From NCBI RefSeq assembly GCF_963921235.1, contig NC_086097.1:49230001-49294000 (forward strand): DNA of 64,000 nucleotides, given 5' to 3'. Below, piece by piece: positions 13,835 to 25,188 of the stretch. Origin of the DNA: Mobula hypostoma (taxonomy: Eukaryota). The notes beneath the pieces are model-generated. The model made no database searches. It was not told the origin of the DNA and was given only the letters and a program-made list of their open reading frames with translations. Every line of letters starts with the position of its first letter. Position 1 is the stretch's first letter. Both the position numbers and the translations under genes were made by a program.

Positions 13835-13934
13835 CCCCAATTATGTTTCTTCTGTGAGAGTTTTAATGAGCTTCAGCATTATGTGGGACAGAAGCATTAG
13901 TGACTAGTAATTCCAGACGCTTGTTTAAAAAGAA

Positions 13935-16900
13935 AGCTTCACGGGCATTTGGCCTGTAAAAGTACAGGAGGGACAAGCATTGTTGGGAGTAGGCTAGTGG
14001 TGAGAGTAAAAGCGTCAGGCTTTGGCTCAGAGGAAGCGTTGGCTCTGGGTAGGCTTCTTTTAAGGTTTTCTTTTTGTTTTTCTCTTACTGTACCTGGTGT
14101 AGTAAATGGCTGTTGTGTGTTCTTCATGCCGGATGTTGGAGTCCTGGGAGACCCAGAGCCTCCCAGGGAACTACATCTGCGTGAAGTGCGTCTGGCTACA
14201 GCTCCCTGAAGACTGCATTAGGGATCTGGAGCAGCAGCTGGATGACCTTCGGCTCGTACGGGTGAGTGAGGAGATAACCGATCAGAGTTACAGGGAAGTA
14301 GTCACCCCGAAGTTGCAGGAGGTGAGTAGCTGGGTGACTATCAGGAGGAATGGAAACATAAATAGGCAGCTAGAGCAGAGCACACCAATGGCCATTCCCC
14401 TCAAAAATAAGTATACCGCTTTGGATACTTCTGTGGGGGATGACCTCCCAGGAGAATGCCATGGCGACCGGGTTACAGGCACTGAGCACGGGTCCGTGGT
14501 GCAGAAGGGAAAGAGAGCGAAGAAGGGTGTGGTAGTGACAGGGGACTCAAAGGTGAGGGGAACAGACAGGAGGTTCTGTGGATGTGAACGAGACATGCGG
14601 ATGGTATTTTGCCTCCCAGGTGCCAGGGTCAGGGATGTCTCAGATTGCATCCACAACATTTTGGAGAGGGAGGGAGAGCAGCCAGATGTCTTGGTACATA
14701 TTGGTACCAATGACATAGGAAGGAAAAGCAAAGACGTCCTGAAAAGAGAATTTACAGAGCTAGGTAGAAAGCTGAGAAGTAGGGCCTTCGGGGTAGTAAT
14801 TTTTGGATTGCTGTCTGTGCCACGAGCCAGTGAGGGTAGAAACAGGATGATATGGCAGATAAATGACTGGCTGAGAAGCTGGTGCAGGGGACAGGGCTTC
14901 AGGTGTTTGGATCACTGGGATCTCGTCTGGGGAGGTATGACCTGTTCAAAACTGACGGGTTACACCTGAACCCCAGGGGCAAGAAATTTTCTTGCAGGTA
15001 GATTTGTTAGAGCTGTTGGAGAGGGTTGAAACTAATTTGGCAGGGGTGTGGGAACCTGAGTGATGGGACTCTGGATATGACAGATGGTAAAATAGTAAAG
15101 ATAGTATGCAGTCAGACTGTCAGGAAGGGCAGGCAGGTGATGGGACATAGTTGCACCCAACAGGGTAAGTAACAGTACATTAGGGATGCAAAATCAAAAA
15201 GGGTAGCAAATACAGTACTCAAGGTGTTGTATCTCAATGTGCAGAATATAAGAAATAAGGTGGATGATATTGTCGCAATATTACAGATTGCCAAGTATGA
15301 TGTTGTGGCCATCACTAATTCGTGGCTGAAGGATGGTTATAGTTGGGAGCTGAATGTCCAAGGTTACACGTTGTATTGGAGTGATAGCAAGGTAGGCAGA
15401 GGGAGAGGTGTGGCTCTACTGGTAAAGAATGGCATCAAATCAGTAGAAAAATGTGACATAGGATCGAAAGGTGTTGAATCCTTGTGGGTTGAGTTAAGAA
15501 ATTGCAAGGGTAAAAGGACCCTGATGGCAGTTATATACAGGCCTCCCAACAGTGGCTGGGAGGTGGACCACAGATTGCAACAGGAAATAGAAAAATGTGT
15601 CGAAAGGACAATGTTATGATAGTCATGGGAGATTTTAACATGCAGGTTAATTGGGAAAATCAGGTTGGTAATGGATCTCAAGAGAATGAGTTTGTTGAAT
15701 GCCTACAAGATGGCTTTTTAGAGCAATTTGTCATTGAGCCTACTAGGATCAGCTATACTGGATTGGGTGTTATGTAATGAACTGGAGGTGATTAGGGAGC
15801 TTAAGGTAAAAGAACCCTAAGGCACCAGTGATCACAATATGATTGAGTTCAACTTGAAATTTGATACGGAGAAAGTAAAGTCTGATGTAGCAGTATTTCA
15901 GTGGAGTAAGGGAAATTACAGTGGTATGAGAGAGGAGTTGGCCAAAGTAAATTGAAAGGAGCTGCTGGAAGGGATGTCAGCACAGAAGCAATGGTAAGCA
16001 TTTCTGTGAAAAATGAGGAATTTCTATTCCAAAATTGAAGAAATACTCAAATAGCAAAATAGTATATCCGTGGCTGACAAGGGAAATCAAAGCTAATGTA
16101 GAAACAAAAGAGAGAGCATACAACAAATCAAAAATTAGTGGGAAGATAGAGGATTAGCAAGTTTTTAAGAACATACACAGAGCAACTAAAAGAATCATTA
16201 GAAGGAAAAAGAATGAAATATGAAAGCAATCTAACAAATAGTATCAAAATGGTTAGTAAAAGCTTTTTTAAGTATGTAAAAAATGAAAGAGAGATGAGAT
16301 TGGATATAAGACTGCTAGAAAATGAGGCAGGAGAGATAATATCGGGGGACAAGGAGATGGCAGGTGAACTAAGTGAGTATTTTGCATCAGTCTTCACTGT
16401 GGAGGACACTAGCAGTGTGCCAGATGTTGTAGTGTGTGAAGGAAGAGAAGTGGGTGCAGTTACTGTTACAAGGGAGAAAGTGCTCAAAAAGCTGAAAGAG
16501 CTAAAAGTACAGAAGTCACCCAGACCAGACGAACTGCACCCTAGGGTTCTGAAAGAGGTAGCGTTAGAGATTGTGGTGGCATTAGCAATGATCTTTCAAA
16601 AATCATTGGACTCTGGCATGATGCCAGAGGACTGGAAAACTGCAAATGTCACAAAGGAGGAAAGCAGCAGAAAGGAAATTATAGACCAGTTAGCCTGACC
16701 TCAGTGGTTGGGAAGATTTTAGAGTCAATTGCTAAGGACGAAGTGATGGAATACTTGGTGACACAAGGTAAGATAGGACAAAGTCAACATGGTTTCCTTC
16801 AGAGAAAATCCTGCCTGACGAATCGATTGGAATTCTTTGAGGAGATTACAAGTACGTTAGATAAAGGCGATGCAGTGGATGTTGTATATTTGGACTTTCA

Positions 16901-17020
16901 GAAGGCCTTTGACAAGATGCTACACATGAGGCTGCCTACCAAGTTAACGGCCCATGGTATTACAGGGAAGTGACTAAGATGGTTTGAGCATTGGCTGATA
17001 GGTAGGAGGCAGTGAGTGGG
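13935..17020 (+). mobile_element. CR1 LINE retaining 5' UTR, ORF1 and most of ORF2; 3' part lost
   Basis: ORF1 at 14106; APE motifs in 15224..15777; RT motifs in 16213..16973. Confidence 0.93.
14106..14969 (+). pseudogene. CR1 ORF1p (CxxC-CxxC zinc finger, coiled coil, SGNH/GDSL esterase), frameshifted near the C-terminus
   Basis: CSSC..CVKC, LEQQLDDLR, VVVTGDSKVRG, CLPGARV, VHIGTND; the DGLHLN block (gacgggttacacctgaac) lies in a shifted frame. Confidence 0.88.
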
Positions 17021-17719
17021 AAGCTTTTAGAAACCAACAGAAGGCAACTAAAAACCAATGAAGAGAGAAAAGATGAAATAAGAAGGAAAGTATATAAATA
17101 GAAAAGAGAGGTGAGAATGGATATCAGAGTGCTGCAAAAAGGAGGTAGTACTGGCGGACAAAGAAATAGCAGAGGAACAGGTGTTTTGCATCAATCTTCA
17201 CTATGGAAGACAATAACAGTATGCTAGAACTTTGAGAAGGGATAGGAGTGGGTATTATTGCTATTACTAAGGAGAAGATGCTTGGGAAGATGAAAGGTCT
17301 GAAGGTGAAGTTCTGGTGATTTATTACCGGGACAAGATTGACTACACCGAGGCTTCAGAATGATCTTTAGTACTGATTAGTAACGATTTTTCAAGAATCA
17401 CTAGATTCTGGAATGATTCCAGAGGATTGGAAAATCGCAAATGTCACCCCCTTTTTTAAGAAGAAAGGAAGGCAGAGGAAAGGAAATTACAGGCTAGTTA
17501 GCCTGACTTCAGTGGTTGTGAAGATGTTTGAGTCGGTGGTAAAGATGGCAAATGCAATGTTAGCATGCATTTTGAGAGGACTGGGATATAAGAGTGAGGA
17601 TAAAAGCCAGGACCAACAGGCTCCAGGACAACTTCTTCCACCAGGCCATCAGACTGATTAACTCACGCTGATTTGAGTGTACTTCTATGTTACATTGACT
17701 GTTCTACTCGTATTTATTA

Positions 17720-18762
17720 TCTATATAATACTAAAACTCTTATGCTCTGTCTGTCTGTTTGTCACCTCCAATTAGCGCAAAAGGTGCATTACAGCAGCAC
17801 TTTTTTTAGCTAAATCGAATTAAAATGCGCTAACTTACAGAATGCAGGCAAAGTTCAGGGTTATATATTCGTATAAAATTGCTCATTCACCAAAAAATCA
17901 ACAGGCTGGCTTTCACCTGAGAGCCGATCCACCATTATGGAAATCAGACAGCCCGACGCATGCGCACGGCCAGCCTCAGCAGCGACACCTACCAGAGCAA
18001 AAAGACAGGGCAGCTCTATTTCGAGGGGTCACATTCTGCTAATCACCATCAGCATGTATAGGATTGGGACAGATCTAACTGCCACCCATCAATAAGAGAT
18101 AATTAAAACCCTTTGCTGCAGTCAGAGGACAGTGGTGACTATATTACGTCCATTTAGCAGAGTGCCAACCACATCATCAAGAATAATCAGCATCCTTTGG
18201 CGTTAGTGCTTCGTATCTTCTATCCAGCATTAGGGTAAACAAAATGGTCAGCCTAATTATGCCGCGTGGAAAAGGAAGGGGGACATTACAGTCAAGAGAT
18301 GACGCCAAACGTCGTTGGGAAGCGGCAAGGAGAGGGAAAGAACAAGAATCAGATGAGGCCAGGGACTCCAGGGTCAAAGAGTCAGGACAAAAAAAGATGA
18401 CAGAAGAAGAGGTAGAGAAGGAGAGGCATGCACGTCTCCAGGATCAGAGACAAATAAACAGCAGAAGAGATGAAGAGACAGGGGATGAAAGGGCTTCACG
18501 TCTCCAGAATGACAACGAGAGGCACAAGAGTGACAGATAAACCAGAAATGATGCCATCAAAAGTGTCCTTTGTTAAATGAGGAGCAGCTATATTTGCTTT
18601 GCTATGCGTCGTTCTTCTTTAATAAACTGAGGTTTTCTACTTCAGTTTCCAAAGCAAAGCGATACCAATAGCATTCAGGAAAATTTAATGTTCATTCTGG
18701 TCACATCAGACTGCACTACCCTTCTCTGAAAGGGTGTCCCAACGGGTCACCCCGTTGTCTAG
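17720..18762 (+). mobile_element. Non-autonomous Helitron (1043 bp)
   Basis: 5' TCTATATAATACTAAAA followed by ctgtctgtctgtttgt; 3' hairpin CAACGGG-tcac-CCCGTTG (18740-18757) then CTAG; inserted between host A17719 and T18763 with no TSD. Confidence 0.9.
18244..18540 (+). pseudogene. Remnant N-terminus of a Helitron RepHel protein with STPR-like charged repeats
   Basis: MPRGKGRG.. then ESDEARDSRV / EVEKERHARL / ETGDERASRL at 21-22 aa spacing; no HUH or helicase motifs follow. Confidence 0.6.
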
Positions 18763-19519
18763 TAAATTACTATGATTGCACATTTGGACAGAGATGTAAC
18801 ATAAAGATTTTTACTCATGTATGTGAAGGATGTAAGAAATAAAGTCAATTCAATTCAATACACTGTAACATTTTCACTTTATAAGGTACTGGTCAGACCC
18901 TCAGACCCCTCTTGGAGAATTGTGAGCAGTTTGGGTTCGTTATCTAGGAATAGAAGAGCTGCATTGGAGAGGGTCCAGAGGAGTTTCAACAAGAATAATT
19001 CCAGTGATTCCAGGAATGAAAGGGTTAACATATGTGATGTATTTGATGGCTCTGGGCCTGTGCTCATTGACATTTAAAAGAATGGGGGTGGGGGGGGGTT
19101 ATCTCACTGAAAGCTATCAAATATTGAAAGGTCTGGATAGAGTGGATGTAGGGAGGATATTTCCTATAGTGGGTAAGTCTAGAACCAGAGGCACAACCTT
19201 ATTCTAGAGGGCTGTCTATTTAGAACTGAGATGAGGAGGACTTTCCTTAACTAGAATGCAGTGAATCTGTGGAATTCATTGTCACAGGCAGCTGTGGAGG
19301 CTAAGTCAATGAGTATTTTTAAAGTGGAGGTTGAAAGGTTCTTGATTAATCAGGACATTAAAAGGTTATGGGGAGAAGGCAAGAGAATAGGTTTGTGAGG
19401 TATAATAAATCAGCCGTGATGGAATGGTGAAGGAGACTAGATGGGTTGAATAGACTAATTCTACTCGATTGTCTTATGGTCTTAAATTTTGTTAACCATT
19501 TCTGAACCACTTCTACCCA

Positions 19520-19670
19520 TTGTGACCCTTCATCAGGATGGGGCTCTAAAGGGGCAGTGGGAAGGCTGATAAAGAAAGTCATTCCTGAAATATCAATTGC
19601 CTGACCTGCTGAGTGTTCTTAGAATTTTCTGTCTTCTTTTCCAGATTCCCAGAAACTGTAACTTCTGGTT
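19520..19670. mobile_element. Old Penelope-derived fold-back remnant
   Basis: gacccttcatcagga (minus-strand hammerhead remnant) and tgcctgacctgctgagtgttcttagaattttctg arm. Confidence 0.45.
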
Positions 19671-19729
19671 TTCATTTAGTAATAGAGTATTTGCTGGGAT
19701 CAACAGACTGATTAAACTTGACCAGCATA

Positions 19730-20733
19730 CCAACATATTATTCTCCGTAACTTCCGCCACCTCCAACGGGATCCCACCACTAAGCATATCTTTCCCTCCC
19801 CCCCTCTCTCTGCATTCCGCAGGGATCGCTCCCTACACAACTCCCTTGTCCATTCGTCCCCCCCATCCCTCCCCACTGATCTCCCTCCTGGCACTTATCC
19901 GTGTAAGCGGAACAAGTGCTACACATGCTCTTACACTTCCTCCCTTACCACCATTCAGGGCCCCAAACAGTCCTTCCAGGTGAGGCATCACTTCACCTGT
20001 GAGTCGACTGGGGTGATATACTGCGTCCGGTGCTCCCGATGTGGCCTTTTATATATTGGTGAGACCCGACGCAGACTGGGAGACCGCTTTGCTGAACATC
20101 TACGCTCTGTCCGCCAGAGAAAGCAGGATCTCCCAGTGGCCACACATTTTAATTCCACATCCCATTCCCATTCTGACATGTCTATCCACGGCCTCCTCTA
20201 CTGTAAAGATGAAGCCACACTCAGGTTGGAGGAACAACACCTTATATTCCGTATGGGTAGCCTCCAACCTGATGGCATGAACATTGACTTCTCTAACTTC
20301 CGCTAGGCCCCACCTCCCCCTCGTACCCCATCTGTTACTCTTTTTAATGCACACATTCTTTCTCTCACTCTCCTTTTTCTCCCTCTGTCCCTCTGAATAT
20401 ACCTCTTGCCCATCCTCTGGGTCACCCCCCCCCGTCTTTCTTCCCGGACCTCCTGTCCCATGATCCTCTCGTATCCCCTTCTGCCTATCACCTGTCCAGC
20501 TCTCGGCTCCATCCCTCCCCCTCCTGTCTTCTCCTATCATTTTGCATCTCCCCCTCCCCCTCCAGCTTTCAAATCCCTTACTCACTCTTCCTTCAGTTAG
20601 TCCTGACGAAGGGTCTCGGCCTGAAACGTCGACTGCGCTTCTTCCTATAGATGCTGCCTGGCCTGCTGCGTTCACCAGCAACTTTGATGTATGTTGCTTG
20701 AATTTCCAGCATCTGCAGAATTCCTGTTGTTTG
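19730..20733 (+). mobile_element. Penelope-like retroelement (PLE), 5'-truncated, young; GIY-YIG endonuclease end and 3' UTR
   Basis: CKRNKCYTC linker, FTCESTGVIYCVRCSRCGLLYIGETRRRLGDRFAEH, RLEEQHLI..QPDGMN; perfect 12-bp TSD ttgaccagcata at 19718-19729 and 20731-20742. Confidence 0.95.
20599..20634 (+). ncRNA. Minimal type I hammerhead ribozyme, intact core
   Basis: AGUC-CUGACGA-AGGGUCUCGGCCU-GAAA-CGUC-GACU: stem I AGUC/GACU, short stem II, palindromic ACGU in place of stem-loop III; predicted cleavage after C20630. Confidence 0.85.
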
Positions 20734-20829
20734 ACCAGCATAATTCTGGAATGAAATTTCTGGCTCCCGGCTCGTATTTTCTAATATGTCAAAACCAAAA
20801 ACATCCCTGTGGAATCTTGTTCAATAAAT

Positions 20830-21040
20830 TGTTAATCGGTTTATTATTATCACAAGTACCAAGATACAGCGAATAACTTTCATTTGTATGCCATCCAGAC
20901 AGATCATTCAATGCGTAAGAACATAATGGGAGTACAAAAAGGAAAAATATAATGCAGGTAAACAAGTACAGTGCAAGGACATGATCAGGTGGATCGTGAG
21001 GTCAAGAGTCATCTTTAGCAAATAAGTGTTCAAAAGTGTA
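20830..21040 (-). mobile_element. Rex1/Babar-type 3' UTR fragment
   Basis: tttattattatcacaagtaccaagatacag resembles 655-690 (tttattattgtcacttgtactaagatacag). Confidence 0.5.
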
Positions 21041-21093
21041 CAACTAGTGAAATATCTCAGCATTTGCCATATACAGTATAGAATCTGTATATA

Positions 21094-21173
21094 TTTATTA
21101 ATGATTTAAAGTTATTGTACTGATTGTACAATAAATTTTACAATCAGTACAATAACTTTAAATCATTAATAAA
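21094..21173. repeat. Perfect 35-bp AT-rich inverted repeat with 10-nt spacer
   Basis: tttattaatgatttaaagttattgtactgattgta (21094-21128) is the exact reverse complement of 21139-21173. Confidence 0.95.
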
Positions 21174-21259
21174 CATCTATATGAAAAGTGAGGTATTGGA
21201 AATGAAACTGAGAAACCTTGCAATAAGGATGAGTTGTAGAACAGAGGGACTGAGGAGTA

Positions 21260-22955
21260 TAATTACATGCTTCCCTGAAGGTGGTATCGCAGATAGACAG
21301 GATGGTGAAGAAGACATTTTGCTCGCTGGCCTTCATCAATGAAGTGTATAGCAGATGGGATATCATGATGCAGCTATACAAGCTGTTGGTAAGGTTTCTG
21401 TCACACTGCTATGGAGAAGATAACATTAAGCCGGAAGCAGTGCATTTGGAAATTTATGAGGATATTGCCGGGACTCTAGGAACTGAGTTAGGAAAGGGGT
21501 TGAGCAGGTTTGGAATTTTTTCATTGGAGCATAGGAAAATGAAGGGTGACCTTATGGAGATATTTAGAACAATGAGGGGCATAATAGAGTGTTTGCGAAT
21601 AGTCTTTTTTCTAAGATTGGGGAATCAAGATCTAGAGGGGAGAGATTTAAGATGAACCTGAGGGGTAAGTGTTTCACCCAGAGGGTGGTCAGTATGTGGC
21701 ATGAGCTCCCAGAGGAAGTGATTGAGACAGCGACATTAACAACGTTTAAAAGGTACTTGGACAGGTACGTGGTTAGGAAGGGTTTAGAGGGACACAAACA
21801 AGAAAAAATCTGCAGATGCTGGAAATCCAAATCAACACACGCAAAATGCTAGAGAAACTCAGCAGGTCAGGCAGCACCTACGGAAAAGAGTAAACAGTCA
21901 ACACTTTGGGGTGAGACCCTTCATCAGGACTGGGAAGAAAATTGAGAGGTCAGGGTAAGAAGGTAGGGGGAGGGGAGGAAGAAGTACAAAGTGGTAGGTG
22001 ATAGGTGAAACCAGGAGACAGGGAAGGGCAGAAGTAAAGAGCTGGAACATTGGTACTTATCCTTGCAAGTGGAACAAGCGCCACACCTGCACTAGCACGT
22101 CCTCACTCACTACCATTCAGGGCCCCAATCAGCCCTTCCAGGTGAGAGTGACATTTCATCTGTGAGTCTTTTGGGGTTATCTACTGTATCTGATGCTCCC
22201 AGTGTGACCTCTTGTATATCAGTGAAGGCCAACATAGACTGGGAGACTGCTTCACCAAGCACATATGCTCCATCCGCCAGAAAAAGTGGGATCTCCCGCT
22301 AGCCACCCATTTCAATTCTACTTCCCATTCGCATTCAAACATGTCAGTCCATGGTCATTTCTACTGCCATGATGAGGCCACACTTAGCTCAGAGGAGCAA
22401 CAGTTCATCTCCTATCTGGGTAGCCTCCAACCTGTTGGCATGAACATCAATTTCTCTAAATTCCAGTATTTGCCCCCATCTCACCATTCCCCATTCCTGT
22501 TTCCCTCTCTCACCTTATCTCCTTACCTGCCCAGCACCTCCCTCTGGTGTTCCTCCTCCCTCCCTTTCCTCCACGGTCTTCTATCCTCTCCTATCCCCCT
22601 TCTGCAGCCCTTTATCTCTTTCACCAATCATCCTTCTAGCTCTTTACATCACCCCCTTCCCCTCTCCTGGTTTCACCTATCACCTTGTACTTCTTGTCCC
22701 CTCCCCCCCACTTCTTATCCTGTCTTCCCTTTTTTCTTTCCAGTCCTGATGGAGGGCCGTGGTCCAGAACATCGACTGTGTACTATTTTCGAAAGATGCT
22801 GCCTGGGCTGCTGAGTTCCTTTGTGTGTGTTGCCAAGGTTTAGAGGGATATGGGCCAAATGCAGATAACTGGGTCTAGACTAGCTTGGATAGGAATCTTG
22901 TTTGCTATGGACCAGATGGACTGAAGACCCTGTTTCTGTTCCGTATGACTCTATA
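21260..22955 (+). mobile_element. CR1 3' end interrupted by a PLE
   Basis: ORFs 21281..21655 and 21589..21852 (FTQRVVSMWHELPEEV..FKRYLDRY); 3' UTR resumes at 22837 and ends tatgactctat. Confidence 0.8.
21793..22836. mobile_element. Penelope-like element with inverted structure (minus arm ~21793-22048, plus arm ~22050-22834), older subfamily
   Basis: Decayed GIY-YIG (YISEGQHRLGDCF..QPVGMN); decayed hammerheads near 21895-21932 (-) and 22741-22778 (+); TSD ggtttagaggga at 21781-21792 and 22837-22848. Confidence 0.88.
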
Positions 22956-24539
22956 GTTATTATTAATTTTTTCCCAATTATTTATTTCTAGCGAGTATGT
23001 ATACAAAAACTAAAATCCGCAACTTATTTTAAACCCACCATCTTTAAATTTGAAATCTTTTGCAAAACTGTGCTTCATATTTATGCCCACATCCTTGTTA
23101 CCTTGTTTCATGGTTGGTAATCAAATCAAACATTGTAACAGCATTATCTTTGAGTACATTTCCTGTAACTAAATACTTGCTAAGTTAATTTTGTACATGT
23201 TACTGTAAATATGATGGAGAATTAGTAAAGTAATCTTTCAATTTTGGCAGTGGAATTTGATTTTAATCCAGTTAAAGAGGATGTAAATCCTGTTTATAAA
23301 TTCAGGCCTGTACACAGAGCCTGGATGATCTGGTGTAAAACCACCTTGCTGCTCCTGACAAATCACATGCTTTATGGAGACAGTCGAACTCAATGTGCTG
23401 GAAGTCTAATTATATTTTGCAACAGTACTATTAAACTGGTGCATGAAGGAACACACCTATGTTTGGATAGAGGTCATAGAAGAGAGGAGATACTTCATGC
23501 AAGGTCTACTAAAAGTTGACTCATTTATATTAAATATACCAGAAAGGAGTTGTTGTGTAAATCCAGCTTTATTTGTAAACCCAACAAATATGTGAATAAA
23601 ATAGTTCTCTGTGATGCAAAGGTAAGAGTTCTGATTTTGATGGTTGGAATATTGGAAATTGGTAATAAAATATTTTTTACATTGGAACAGTGTAAATAAG
23701 ATCAGAAGGAATAGACTGAATATACTGCTTTGTCCTGTATACCACATTGACTCCCTGAAGCTGGATCTGAAGCTCTTCTGTTTAGTCATCAGTCAGTGCT
23801 GCTCATAGGTTTGAGACTGTTCTGTTTGGCACACTGTTAGAGCTTTCTGTCTAAAGAAAGGCTGACTATTGTGTTTGTTGAGAGTGCTTGCAAGATGCAA
23901 AGTCAGCAGAGGTGCAATCTCATCATATCACCATTTACTGTTCTTCAGGCTTTCTTTTAAAGTCTCCACATGGAAGGGTATGTTGCCCGCGCTGAACAAG
24001 GAATAATGAATCTATTTTCATATTAAATGCTTTTATAGAGGCCTTTTCAGTTATGGTCTTTTTTTAATTTTAGCTATGTGCAAATTTATGGAAGCTGTTT
24101 CTCAACAGTTTCAAGACTCTTGTGCTGGTGTAAGTAGGGTTGTAACTGTTCAGTGAGCAGAGCCATTGTCGTACAAACACTTCATGCAGCATCTATCCCC
24201 ATCAGTGACCACCAATCTGTGTATTTTGGAGTTGTGAATATCGCAGATATTAATTCAAGAAACAGTCTTGAGTTCTTAAGGTAAATTGTAAATTGCAAGC
24301 AGTAAATTGAAGTTAAAAGCACCCTTTTGTACTGTCTGTGGAGCATAGACTGTGATGTGGTTCATGGTCATGGTCACCAAACTGAAATACAAAGCAATGA
24401 AAGTTCCTCTATCCAGCACCTTGTTAGCAAATGTACAGTCGCTGGGTAGCAAGATTATTGAGGATTTGCTGTGTTCTTTATTTCATGGAGGATGGACTAG
24501 ATTGTTGATTTGGAGAAATCAAGTTCCTTAGAAGTTTGC

Positions 24540-25188
24540 AAAGATTCAATGTCGTCTAAAGCTTTGACAAATTTCTCTAGCTATGTCATAGAGAATATAT
24601 TGATTGGTTGCACCACAGCTTGATATGGATATACCAATGCCCTTGAATGGAAATCCTACAAAAAGTAGTGGGTCCACCACAGGAACAGTCCTCCCCTCCA
24701 TTGAGCACATCTACTTGGAGCATTGTCACAGGAAAGCAGCATCCATCATCAGAGATTCCTACCATCCAGATCTCTTCTTATTGCTGCCATAACAAAGTAC
24801 CAGAGCCCCAGGACTCTCACTACCAGGTTCAGGAACGGTTATTATCTTTCCACCATCAGGCTCTTGAACTCGAGGGGATAACCTTCACTCAACTTCACTT
24901 GCCCCTTCACTGAACTATTCCCAAAACCTACAGACTCACTTTCAAGGACTTTTCATCTTATGTTCTTAATATTTATTGATTATAGATTATTATTATTATT
25001 AATTTCTCTTTTGTATTTGCAGTTTGTTGTCTTTTGCACATTGGTTGTTTGTCTGTCCTATTGAGTATGGTCTTTTATTAATTCTGTTATGTTTCTTTGT
25101 ACTGAGTACGCCTGCAAGAAAATGAATCTCAGGGTTGTATATGGTGACATGTATGTACTTTGATAATAAACTTACTTTGAACTTTGAA
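24540..25188 (+). mobile_element. Rex1/Babar LINE 3' end
   Basis: TGTVLPSIEHIYLEHCHRKAASIIRDSYHP..LLP; aataaacttactttgaactttgaa tail. Confidence 0.8.

Larger units (their letters stand above)
17602..18859 (+). mobile_element. Rex1/Babar 3' end fragment (17602-17719 and 18763-18859), host of the Helitron
   Basis: gccaggaccaacaggctccaggacaacttcttccaccaggccatcagactg (ARTNRLQDNFFHQAIRL); aataaagtcaattcaattcaa tail. Confidence 0.7.
17021..19483 (+). mobile_element. Internally deleted CR1 3' part (17021-17600 and 18862-19483) interrupted by Rex1 and Helitron
   Basis: PEDWKIANVTP..KMANAMLACILRGLGYKSED resumes as LYKVLVRP and MIPGMKGLTY after 18862. Confidence 0.75.

Noticed and set aside
20100..20741. 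213-aa minus-strand ORF (and the 193-aa homologue at 62982..63563)
   Set aside because: Antisense to the PLE GIY-YIG and pyrimidine-rich UTR; shared only because the copies are near-identical, and broken in the third arm
23244..23789. Overlapping 91-aa and 110-aa ORFs between an acceptor (23250) and a donor (23622)
   Set aside because: No frame is open across the putative exon and no recognisable motif
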